Below, one piece after another: positions 17,533 through 25,470 of a stretch of DNA of 29,923 nt (position 1 is its first letter; every line of letters begins with the position of its first letter). The position numbers were made by a program, and so were the translations under genes. The DNA is from Candidatus Doudnabacteria bacterium (lineage in GTDB: Bacteria > Patescibacteriota > Doudnabacteria > UBA920), in the NCBI GenBank assembly GCA_023245915.1, contig JAHFJK010000002.1:1-29923 (forward strand), written 5' to 3'. The notes beneath the pieces were generated by a model. It searched no databases and was not told the DNA's origin. It saw only the letters and a program-made list of their open reading frames with translations.

Positions 17533-17560
17533 AAAACTGTCACAGTAAAGACAGTTTTTT
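17531..17560. terminator. Bidirectional terminator between toxin and ligase genes
   Basis: AAAAAACTGTC-8nt-GACAGTTTTTT, 11-bp perfect stem. Confidence 0.7.
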
Positions 17561-18833
17561 ATATTGATAACGACAAAACCATCCAAAACACCATTGCCAA
17601 ATCGTTTTTAAAATAGGGGTTGTCAATAAGGCCTTGGAAGAGGAGGCAGATGAGGAAGAGGGCGACAGCCAACTTTATGTCATTCCCGCGAAAGCCTGCC
17701 TTGCCGGCAGGCAGGCGGGAATCTAGATTGTGGATTCCGGCTAGCCCTTCGCCGCTTCGCGGCTCCGTGGCTGCCGGAATGACACTGGGGCGGAGGCCGC
17801 GATAAATATAAATTGATATTAATCCCAAGAAACTAATTAGACCTAACAAGCCCGTTTCTACCCAAAAATTTAAAAATACGTTATGCGGAAAGTTGTGAGT
17901 ATCTAAATTGGGGTCAGTGTTTAGCTTTTGCCAGTTATTACCAAAGCCTGTTAAGCCTAATCCAAAAATTGGCGACTCTTTTATAGCTTTAACGCCTGTG
18001 TGCCAAAGCGAAAGGCGAGAGATGGCAGATTTTTCCCCATAAAAGGGAAGGACAAAGCGCCAGCGAAGATTGGGGACGGAAATTATAACAATAACCATAA
18101 CAATAACGGCGGCGAAGATCAGTTTGCGGATTTTGGCTTCAGCAGCCACAATCAAATAAATTCCAATAGCTGCGGCCAGCCCTAAGAAACCGGCGCGGGA
18201 AAAGGAAAGGAGCAGGCCGAGCGCGCCTAAGGCCCAGGCGAGGGATTTTAGATTTAAGATTTTAGATTTAAGATTTTCAAAAACGTCGGGAATCAATAAT
18301 GCCAAAAGCGGGGCTGACCAAAGGGCGTAAAAATTCGGATGTGCAAAAAAACTCAACGCGCGTTTTGGCTCGTTGGCATTGCCCCAATAAATTTGCGGAA
18401 GGCCGAGTAAAGTGAAATATTGCAGTATTGCGTAAAGACCAGCTAAAGCTAGTAAGTAGTAAGTAGTAAGTAGTAAGTAACTTTTGCTTTGCGGATGTTG
18501 CTCAAAGAAAAATTTGCCAATGAAAAAAATCGAAATCGGTTGAAGAAACAAAACAATAAATTGTCCCAACTTTGCCTGGTCGAAGCCTTTGATGAATAAA
18601 CTGATTATTCCAGAGATGAAGAAAAAGCCGACTGTTAGTAAAATCTCTTTGCGAATATTTTTGACGGCCGTCAAAAATATTCGCGCCCGTTTTTTTGCGA
18701 TGACATTAACCACAAATGCTATCCAAACCAAAAATACCCACATCATCAGAATATTTCTGGGAAGAAAACCCAAGTTAAACCGAATGGCATAAGCCGGAGC
18801 CAGAATAAAAGTTATAATAAGCAGGTAAAGCAT
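17559..18833 (-). CDS. O-antigen ligase-like (WaaL/Wzy_C) membrane protein with in-frame repeat insertions
   Basis: ~12 TM segments, RA--FF-HPN, LSFSRAG, R--LW--G, P-FG-G, PHN-FL-FW-E-GL-G, F------ND motifs. Confidence 0.88.
   Translation of the reverse strand: MLYLLIITFILAPAYAIRFNLGFLPRNILMMWVFLVWIAFVVNVIAKKRARIFLTAVKNIRKEILLTVGFFFISGIISLFIKGFDQAKLGQFIVLFLQPISIFFIGKFFFEQHPQSKSYLLLTTYYLLALAGLYAILQYFTLLGLPQIYWGNANEPKRALSFFAHPNFYALWSAPLLALLIPDVFENLKSKILNLKSLAWALGALGLLLSFSRAGFLGLAAAIGIYLIVAAEAKIRKLIFAAVIVMVIVIISVPNLRWRFVLPFYGEKSAISRLSLWHTGVKAIKESPIFGLGLTGFGNNWQKLNTDPNLDTHNFPHNVFLNFWVETGLLGLISFLGLISIYIYRGLRPSVIPAATEPRSGEGLAGIHNLDSRLPAGKAGFRGNDIKLAVALFLICLLFQGLIDNPYFKNDLAMVFWMVLSLSI
17678..17784. 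repeat. CGTC-type REP/RPE-like palindromic element inserted in frame in the ligase gene
   Basis: Terminal IR TGTCATTCC/GGAATGACA; translates as VIPAATEPRSGEGLAGIHNLDSRLPAGKAGFRGND. Confidence 0.85.
18245..18279. repeat. Heptamer-periodic tract inside the ligase CDS
   Basis: ATTTTAG ATTTAAG ATTTTAG ATTTAAG ATTTTCA; encodes ENLKSKILNLKS. Confidence 0.8.
18450..18479. repeat. (TAGTAAG)4 simple sequence repeat inside the ligase CDS
   Basis: Four perfect heptamers at 18450-18477; encodes YLLLTTYYL. Confidence 0.9.
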
Positions 18834-18838
18834 ATTTT

Positions 18839-18880
18839 GAGATCCCTCGCTCCGCCAGCTGGCGGAGCTAAGGATGACGG
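18839..18880. repeat. Half of a GTCATCC-type REP with a nested perfect 20-bp palindrome
   Basis: GAGATCC...AGGATGACG frame; GCTCCGCCAGCTGGCGGAGC at 18849-18868; 5 bp from the ligase start codon. Confidence 0.7.
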
Positions 18881-18888
18881 CGTGGACC

Positions 18889-21492
18889 TCAGTTGCCTGG
18901 GAATTTTAACCCGCCGACGTCAAAAATAATGTTGGTGCTGGTGTCTGCGGAATTGCCGCCAATGTCAGTGGCTTTGGCAGCCAAAACGTGGGTACCGGCT
19001 CCGTAATCTTTATTTAAAGAAAAAATAAATGGCGCTAGAGTTTTGCTTTGTAGTAGTTCACCGTCCACCGACACTTGCACCCGCGCAATTGGTTTAGACC
19101 CGGCCGCAGTAACCTGGATATTAAACGGTAAGGAGGTAATTACCGCACCCTCGGACGGAGCGTCAATGCTCACCGCGGGTTTTTGTCCTGTTGAGTTGTC
19201 TGGATTGTTGGCAGGAGGGTTAATAAGGTCGCCTGGAGGATAAGTATAGCCGTGAGCCAGTGCCCATTCCACTACCGGGTTTTCCCAGTCAGGGTTGTCT
19301 TTTTTTTCGCTGTGCAAAACTGTGTAAATTTTGTCAATAATATTTTCGGGCAAAGTTAAATTAGTCGCCGGCAAGCCAGTGGCGGAATCGGCAGAGACTT
19401 TTATGTGCACATCGTCATAAGTTGTGGGTACCGCGTAGTCAGCAAAGACTTCGGTTTTGGTGACTGGTGTGGCGTCAGTAGGCAGTTTGCCGGAAAGTTC
19501 GTCCACAGCAACCTGCTGGATGCCGCTGGGCACAGGGAAAGCCTCCAGGGGCTGGCCGGCTAATGCGTTTTGCATGAATTCGTGCCAGATTGGCGCGGCT
19601 ACCACAACTCCATCCGCGCCTTTTTTCATGGGACACTTGGTACCGCCGCAATTATTTCCGGCCCAGACACCAGCTGCCAGGGAAGGGGTAAAGCCCATGG
19701 TCCAGCCATCCCCCCAGTCGTTGGTAGTGCCGGTTTTGGCCGCTACCGGCCGGTCAGGCAAAGTCAGCGGCGAGTTGGCGCCGAAAATAAAACTTCGGGC
19801 GTTATTGTCAGTCATAATGCTGATAAGCTCATATGCGGCCTGGGGGTCTAAAACACTTTGGGGATTGCTTTTGTATTCTTCCAAAATCTGGCCATCTTTG
19901 TTTTCAATTTTTAAGATGGGGGTCTTTTCATTTTTTACGCCTTCGTTAGCGATTACCGAATAAGCGGCAACATGGTCAACAAGTTTTACCGTACATCCCC
20001 CTAAAACCAAAGACAGCCCGCAGTCGGCCATGGGGCTGGTAATACCTAAATCTCGCGCGGTTTGGGTGGCACTATTTACTCCTACCAAAGCTAAAGTTTT
20101 TACCGCAGGAACATTCAAGCTTCCAGCTAAAGCTTTGCGCATAGAAAGCGGCCCATAAGATTGGCCAGAATAGTTGCTCGGAGCGTAGTCTTTTCCGCCA
20201 TATGTACCGAAATCAGTTACAACATCAAATAAGGGGGAGGCCGGTGAATATTTAAAATCTTTTTTGAAAGCCGTTGCGTAAACATAAGGCTTAAAGCTTG
20301 AACCGGGTTGTCTCTTGTCTGAAATAGCGACATTCACGTTCGGCTCAAACATACAGTTTTTTCCGGGCGTACAGCCGGCGGGTTCAGGCTTGCCAAAATA
20401 ATCTTTGCTGCCGACCATAGCCAAAATTTGGCCGGTCCTGGGATCGATAGCCACCAGCGCGGCATTGTCGGCATTGTATTTTTTGGATGAGTTTTCTACC
20501 CCGTTTTTTACCGCGGCCTCGGCAATTGCCTGTAGACGCAAATCTAAAGTAGTATAAACCTTTAGGCCGCCTTCCTGCAAAGTTTTTTCCCCGTATTTAT
20601 TGGCCAGATAATCTTGCACCCATAAAACAAAGTGCGGCGCTTTTATGCCGTTAGTCAGTTCGGAAAACTGGACTTTTTCTTCCTGTGCCTGCTTTTTTTG
20701 TTCTTCAGTAATATAGCCCTGTTGCTGCATGTAAGATAAAATTGTATTTTTGCGGTTGTCCAAAGCCTGACGGTTTGGACCCAGTGGATTGTAGTAGGTA
20801 GGGGCTTGCGGTAAAGTGGCCAAATAAGCGCTTTCTGCTAAAGATAAATCTTTTGCCGATTTGTTAAAGTAGCTGTTGGCCGCCGCTTCAATGCCATATG
20901 AATTCCTGCCGTAAGGGATTTCGTTTAAATATAATTTTAAAACTTCGTCCTTGGAAAAACGTGAATCTATAGTGACGGCTAAAATCATTTCACGGATTTT
21001 TCTGTCCCAGGATTTGTCGTCGGTCAATATGGCTTTTTTGACAAATTGTTGGGTAATCGTGCTGCCACCCTGGCTTTTGCTGGCAGTCAAAACGTCGACT
21101 ATGACAGCTCGGGCAATGCCAGTTAGAGAAATACCGCCGTGTTTATAAAAATCTTTATCTTCTATTGCAATAGTCGCGTTTTTTAAAAAGGGAGAAATAT
21201 CATTTAAGTTTTTTTGTGTGCGTTTGTAGCCACCGTGAATTTCGTAAAGCAAACTGCCGTCACGCGCAAAAATTTTGGAAGATTCCGGGACATTTCTGTC
21301 TAAAAGTTTGTTTGGATCGGGCAAATCTTTGGCATAGTACAAAAACATGACAGCAATAAATAAAACGCCCAAGGCAAATAGGCGGAAAGCCCAGGTAAAG
21401 AGTTTTCTGGCATTAAATCTGCCCCACTTAAAACGCAAGCGTTTCCTGGAATTTTTACTGTAAGGCGAGTTTTTGTAACTGTAAACACGCAT
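18889..21492 (-). CDS. Class A penicillin-binding protein with C-terminal Ig-like domain
   Basis: EDKDFYKHGG and GGSTITQQ (transglycosylase); SSFK, SLN, KTGT (transpeptidase); C-terminal G-H---A-ATD--GN Ig-like domain. Confidence 0.95.
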   Translation of the reverse strand: MRVYSYKNSPYSKNSRKRLRFKWGRFNARKLFTWAFRLFALGVLFIAVMFLYYAKDLPDPNKLLDRNVPESSKIFARDGSLLYEIHGGYKRTQKNLNDISPFLKNATIAIEDKDFYKHGGISLTGIARAVIVDVLTASKSQGGSTITQQFVKKAILTDDKSWDRKIREMILAVTIDSRFSKDEVLKLYLNEIPYGRNSYGIEAAANSYFNKSAKDLSLAESAYLATLPQAPTYYNPLGPNRQALDNRKNTILSYMQQQGYITEEQKKQAQEEKVQFSELTNGIKAPHFVLWVQDYLANKYGEKTLQEGGLKVYTTLDLRLQAIAEAAVKNGVENSSKKYNADNAALVAIDPRTGQILAMVGSKDYFGKPEPAGCTPGKNCMFEPNVNVAISDKRQPGSSFKPYVYATAFKKDFKYSPASPLFDVVTDFGTYGGKDYAPSNYSGQSYGPLSMRKALAGSLNVPAVKTLALVGVNSATQTARDLGITSPMADCGLSLVLGGCTVKLVDHVAAYSVIANEGVKNEKTPILKIENKDGQILEEYKSNPQSVLDPQAAYELISIMTDNNARSFIFGANSPLTLPDRPVAAKTGTTNDWGDGWTMGFTPSLAAGVWAGNNCGGTKCPMKKGADGVVVAAPIWHEFMQNALAGQPLEAFPVPSGIQQVAVDELSGKLPTDATPVTKTEVFADYAVPTTYDDVHIKVSADSATGLPATNLTLPENIIDKIYTVLHSEKKDNPDWENPVVEWALAHGYTYPPGDLINPPANNPDNSTGQKPAVSIDAPSEGAVITSLPFNIQVTAAGSKPIARVQVSVDGELLQSKTLAPFIFSLNKDYGAGTHVLAAKATDIGGNSADTSTNIIFDVGGLKFPGN

Positions 21493-21604
21493 GCCCAGTA
21501 AGACTTCTTTGTAATTTTATTAATAATTAGTCCAGTTCACTTTTGTTATTTACCCAGTATCTTTTGAACAAGCAGCCGGATTGCAAAGAAGTTCTACTGG
21601 GCAT
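21491..21604 (-). promoter_or_regulatory. PBP 5' leader with a 25-bp inverted repeat covering the start codon
   Basis: 21491-21515 versus 21580-21604: 22 of 25 positions complementary. Confidence 0.6.
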
Positions 21605-21610
21605 GGACAA

Positions 21611-21648
21611 ATTATAGCCTTTTTTAAGGTTTTGGAAAATGGTATAAT
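21611..21648. promoter_or_regulatory. Divergent -10 elements for PBP (minus) and tyrS (plus)
   Basis: TATAAT on minus 21616-21611; extended TGgTATAAT on plus 21640-21648. Confidence 0.55.
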
Positions 21649-21668
21649 GGTTGAGAATTAAGATATAA

Positions 21669-21688
21669 CCTGCCTGCCGGCAGGCAGG
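21669..21688. repeat. Perfect 20-bp micro-palindrome in the tyrS leader
   Basis: CCTGCCTGCCGGCAGGCAGG; variants at 17695-17715 and 23898-23913. Confidence 0.85.
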
Positions 21689-21700
21689 GATTTAAGATCT

Positions 21701-22891
21701 ATGAATGATCCAATTCAAGAGCTTTTAAGCAGGGGCGTGGCTGAAATTTTTGTTAAAAGCGAGTTAGAGCAAGCTTTGCAATCGAAAAAAAGTCTTAGTG
21801 TTTATTATGGGGTCGATCCATCGGGACCCGCAATCCATTTGGGTCATGCCGTGCTTTTGAGGAAGCTTCAAATTCTTCAAGAATTAGGTCATAAAATAAT
21901 TTTTTTGATTGGCGATTTTACCGGAATGATTGGCGATCCTACCGATAAAAATTCTATAAGACAGCCGCTTAAGAGAAAAGAAGTTTTAGCAAATGCTAAA
22001 ACTTATAAAAAACAGGTTTCAAAATTTTTAAATTTTACGGGGAAAAATCCTGCCAAGATTGTTTTTAACAGCAAGTGGAATGATAATTTGAAATTTAAAG
22101 ATGTTATTGAGCTTTCGGGTAAGTTTACTGTTCAGCAGCTTTTAGAAAGAGATATGTTTCAAAAAAGAATGGAAGAAAACAAGCCGATTGGCCTGCACGA
22201 GTTTTTATATCCACTTATACAAGGCTACGATGCCGCTGTTTTAGAGGCGGATATGCAGATTGGGGGGACGGATCAAACTTTTAATATGCTGCAAGGCCGT
22301 TATTTGACCAAAGCTTTAAAGAATAAAACTCAAATGGTTTTAACTTGCGAGCTGTTAGTAGGCACAGACGGCAGGAAAATGTCAAAAAGTTTTAATAATG
22401 TGATTGATATTGAAGATGAGCCCAGTGAAATGTTCGGCAAGGTCATGTCAATAAACGACGATTTAATAAAAAAATATTTTGTTTTGGCTACCCGTGTGCC
22501 TTTGGAAGAAATTGACCTGATAATAAACTCAAATGCAAATCCACGAGATCAAAAATTAATTTTAGCTGAAAAAATTACAGCTTTATATCATGGTGAGAAA
22601 AAAGCCGTTGCCGCTAAAGCAAATTTTGGTAAAAAGTTCAGACAATCGTCAGGAGAAATTAAAGCTGATTTTGAGCTGGCGTTAGATAAAGGGAGTCGGA
22701 CATTTAGCGGACTACTTGGAATATTAGTTAGTGGAGGCTTGGCGACTTCAAAATCTGAGGCTAGGAGAAAAGTGGAAGAAGGTGCGGTAGAAATCAACAA
22801 TGAACGAGTTAGTGTCAATGAAAATCGGTTACTTGAAATAAATAAGGGAGATCTGATTCGTTTAGGAAAAAGATTTTTAAAAATTGTCTAA
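21701..22891 (+). CDS. tyrS: Tyrosine--tRNA ligase
   Basis: GVDP...HLGH, IGDPT, YPLIQGYD, GGTDQ, KMSKS, C-terminal S4-like domain. Confidence 0.97.
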   Translation: MNDPIQELLSRGVAEIFVKSELEQALQSKKSLSVYYGVDPSGPAIHLGHAVLLRKLQILQELGHKIIFLIGDFTGMIGDPTDKNSIRQPLKRKEVLANAKTYKKQVSKFLNFTGKNPAKIVFNSKWNDNLKFKDVIELSGKFTVQQLLERDMFQKRMEENKPIGLHEFLYPLIQGYDAAVLEADMQIGGTDQTFNMLQGRYLTKALKNKTQMVLTCELLVGTDGRKMSKSFNNVIDIEDEPSEMFGKVMSINDDLIKKYFVLATRVPLEEIDLIINSNANPRDQKLILAEKITALYHGEKKAVAAKANFGKKFRQSSGEIKADFELALDKGSRTFSGLLGILVSGGLATSKSEARRKVEEGAVEINNERVSVNENRLLEINKGDLIRLGKRFLKIV

Positions 22892-22895
22892 ATTA

Positions 22896-22920
22896 AAACC
22901 CCCTCTTTGCGAGGGGGTTT
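22896..22920. terminator. Bidirectional terminator after tyrS
   Basis: AAACCCCCTC-TTTGC-GAGGGGGTTT. Confidence 0.75.
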
Positions 22921-22966
22921 CTCTTTTAGCCTGAGTTGAGCGTTTATCCGCGACAAATCGGCGGAT

Positions 22967-23092
22967 TTACATAGCGCCGCCACTCATACCTTCACCACTT
23001 TTATCCTCATCTTCGTCAGAAGCAGGCGTAGAGGGCTCTGCCGCGGTTCCGCCGCCCATGCTGCCGTCGGCAGGCATATCGTCAAAAAACAT
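22967..23092 (-). CDS. 41-aa acidic Gly/Ser-rich small protein (below the ORF-track size cutoff)
   Basis: MFFDDMPADGSMGGGTAAEPSTPASDEDEDKSGEGMSGGAM; SD-like AGAAAGGA upstream, promoter TTGCGT-17-TATAAT (23322-23294) and downstream hairpins. Confidence 0.55.
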   Translation of the reverse strand: MFFDDMPADGSMGGGTAAEPSTPASDEDEDKSGEGMSGGAM

Positions 23093-23307
23093 TTTTGTTA
23101 TCCTTTCTCGGGTCAATCGCTCTCTCTTCGTTCGTCTAGATTATCATCTAGACTCACTTTGTTTCGAGCATTGCCCCTCTCCCCAAATTTTCCTTGTATA
23201 AACCCCAACTGAAAATTTGGGATCCCCTGAAAATTTATGTTGAGGAGTTAGTGTTAAATTTACAGAATTTACCTATATAAATTCTATTTTCAGATTATAG
23301 CAAGTCC

Positions 23308-23802
23308 TTATTGTATACGCAAGCTTGTATGAAAGTGGTGCATGGTACATACGGCAATAGCTAAAGCGTCGGCGGCATCGTCGGGCTGGGGCGCAGATTT
23401 TAGTTTGAAAGTTTTTTTAATAATGTATTGGACTTGTTCCTTGGTTGCTTTGCCATAACCGCAAATGAAATTTTTGACTTGCAAGGGTGTGAATTCAAAA
23501 ATCGGCAGTTTGTTGGTTTGGCAAACCAAAAGCGCCACTCCCCTGGCCTGCGAGACCGTCATGACGGTTTTTTGGTTGGTAGTTAGAAAAAGTTTTTCCA
23601 CTCCTACAGCGTCCGGCCTAAACTTTTTTATTATTTGATTTAAATCCTCTGCCAAAATTTCCAGCCGTTGGGCATGGGATAAAACTTTTTTGGTCGCGAT
23701 AATTCCAAAGTCTTCGAGCAGGTACTCGTCTGCCCGTTTTGTGGATTTAATAATTCCGTATCCGGTTGTCGCGGTTCCGGGATCAATTCCCAATATAACC
23801 AT
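23308..23802 (-). CDS. ruvC: Holliday junction resolvase
   Basis: LGIDPG, VEKLF, QARGV, FTPLQVK, GYG-ATKEQV, PDDAADALAIA. Confidence 0.96.
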   Translation of the reverse strand: MVILGIDPGTATTGYGIIKSTKRADEYLLEDFGIIATKKVLSHAQRLEILAEDLNQIIKKFRPDAVGVEKLFLTTNQKTVMTVSQARGVALLVCQTNKLPIFEFTPLQVKNFICGYGKATKEQVQYIIKKTFKLKSAPQPDDAADALAIAVCTMHHFHTSLRIQ

Positions 23803-23807
23803 AAAAG

Positions 23808-23931
23808 AAATCCTAAATCCTAGAACCTAAAAACTAAACAAAGTTGAAATTCTAAAGGTTTAAATTTTTAAACTTTAATTTTATAGAGTTTGTTTAGCCT
23901 GCCTGCCGGCAGGGCTTTAGTCTTTAGATTT
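23808..23931. repeat. Heptamer-periodic palindrome (CTAA/TTAG core) with a nested CCTGCC micro-palindrome
   Basis: ATCCTAA ATCCTAG AACCTAA AAACTAA left arm; TTTGTTTAG-[23898-23913]-GCTTTAG TCTTTAG right arm. Confidence 0.7.
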
Positions 23932-24647
23932 TATAAATTAGCTGATGTATGTACCGCAATCACGTCTTCGTCATTTTCCAGTGCAGCAAACAGCTCATCC
24001 ACTTTAGGTTTTTGTTCTTCTGTTAAGTCAGTGCCTTGCGATGATTCTTGAATAATATCAGCCTGTGCCACTTTAGCGCCGGCTTTTATAAGCACGTTTT
24101 TGATTTTAGTAAGATCGTTAGCATATGTGTAGACTTCTAAACCTTCCACAGATTCCCGGACATCTTGCGCTCCCGCATCTATCGCCGCTAATTCGATCTT
24201 AGGCAAATTATCATCGCGTTCCACCAAAATTTGTCCTTTTGTAGCAAACTGCCAGACAACACTGCCCTGCGCGCCCATGTTGCCGCCGTGGTCTTCAAAA
24301 ATTTTACGGATATTATTGGAAGTGCGGTTGGTGTTGTCAGTCGCACACTCAACCAAGAAGGCTGTGCCAAAAGGGCCGTAGCCTTCGTAAGCCACTTCTT
24401 TAATATTGCCTCCGCCTGCGCCTGTGGCTGCCTTTATGGCGCGATCAATGTTGTCATTCGGCATGCCCTGGGCCTTGGCATATTCAATCGCGCTTTTTAA
24501 TTTAAAGTTGGAGTTAGGGTCTCCGCTTCCGCCTTCTTTGACCGCAATGGAGATTTTTTTTGAAAGTTTGGAAAAGAGCAGTCCCCGTTTTTGGTCGAGA
24601 ACCCCTTTGGTGCGTTTAATTTGCGACCATTTGCTGTGTCCGGACAT
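23931..24647 (-). CDS. yebC: YebC/PmpR family protein
   Basis: MSGHSKWSQIK, YEGYGP, TDNTNRT, LE--EDV--V-TSA. Confidence 0.96.
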   Translation of the reverse strand: MSGHSKWSQIKRTKGVLDQKRGLLFSKLSKKISIAVKEGGSGDPNSNFKLKSAIEYAKAQGMPNDNIDRAIKAATGAGGGNIKEVAYEGYGPFGTAFLVECATDNTNRTSNNIRKIFEDHGGNMGAQGSVVWQFATKGQILVERDDNLPKIELAAIDAGAQDVRESVEGLEVYTYANDLTKIKNVLIKAGAKVAQADIIQESSQGTDLTEEQKPKVDELFAALENDEDVIAVHTSANL

Positions 24648-24671
24648 AGAATAGGAATTAGCAGTTAGGAA

Positions 24672-25454
24672 TTAGGATTTAAAACTAATCAAGACTGTTA
24701 ATTCTCCCTTTATCGACTGTCTTTTTTTTAATTCATCTGACACTTGCATTGGCGTGCCGCGGATGAATTCTTCATGCATTTTTGTCAGTTCTCGGGCAAC
24801 CACAACCTGCGATGTTGGAAAGGCGTTGGCAATGTAATTTAAAGTTTTTAAAATTCTTTCCGCTGATTCATAAAATATGGCCGTGGCCCCTGCTTGCTGC
24901 GCGGCTTCCAAGGCTTCGACAGATTTAATCGCGGTTTTTTGCAAGAAGCCTAAAAATAAAAATCTGTCAGTTGGCAGGCCAGAGGCGGAAAGCGCAGCAA
25001 TCGATGCGCTCGCGCCAGGGATTGGAACCACTTGGACTTTTTCTTTTACACATTCTCTCACTAACCTAAATCCCGGATCAGAAATTCCCGGCGTGCCCGC
25101 ATCTGTAATTAGGCAACCGTCAGATTTTTGCAATCGTCTAGTTAAATCTTTTACCACCTGCTGTTCGTTGTGCTCTGCGAATTGGACAATCTCTTTTTTT
25201 GCGAGCGCAGCCGACCTGTCCGCCGAAGCTTCAGCGTAGGTGGAAGCAATCTTACCTTGGATGGAGATTGCTTCGTCCCCCTCGACTGCGCTCGGGATCC
25301 TCGCAATGACAGGGAGAGAGTCGATGTATTGCAGCAACCTTTTGGAATAATTCGGATTCTCCGCAATCACAAAATCGCAGGCTGTTAAAGTTTCAATTGC
25401 CCGCAAAGTTATGTCCCCCAAATTGCCTATAGGAGTAGCAACAACGTAGAGCAT
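24672..25454 (-). CDS. rsmI: 16S rRNA C1402 2'-O-methyltransferase with ~37-aa repeat-derived insertion
   Basis: LYVVATPIGNL-DIT-RA, TDAGTPGISDPG, PIPGAS, YES--R, RELTKMHEE, KGE. Confidence 0.93.
   Translation of the reverse strand: MLYVVATPIGNLGDITLRAIETLTACDFVIAENPNYSKRLLQYIDSLPVIARIPSAVEGDEAISIQGKIASTYAEASADRSAALAKKEIVQFAEHNEQQVVKDLTRRLQKSDGCLITDAGTPGISDPGFRLVRECVKEKVQVVPIPGASASIAALSASGLPTDRFLFLGFLQKTAIKSVEALEAAQQAGATAIFYESAERILKTLNYIANAFPTSQVVVARELTKMHEEFIRGTPMQVSDELKKRQSIKGELTVLISFKS
25199..25310. repeat. CGTC-type REP/RPE-like element inserted in frame in rsmI
   Basis: TTGCGAG...CTCGCAATGAC ends; GAAGCAATCT/AGATTGCTTC stem (25243-25252, 25265-25274); encodes VIARIPSAVEGDEAISIQGKIASTYAEASADRSAALA. 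Confidence 0.85.
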
Positions 25455-25470
25455 GGTTTATTTTATTAGA

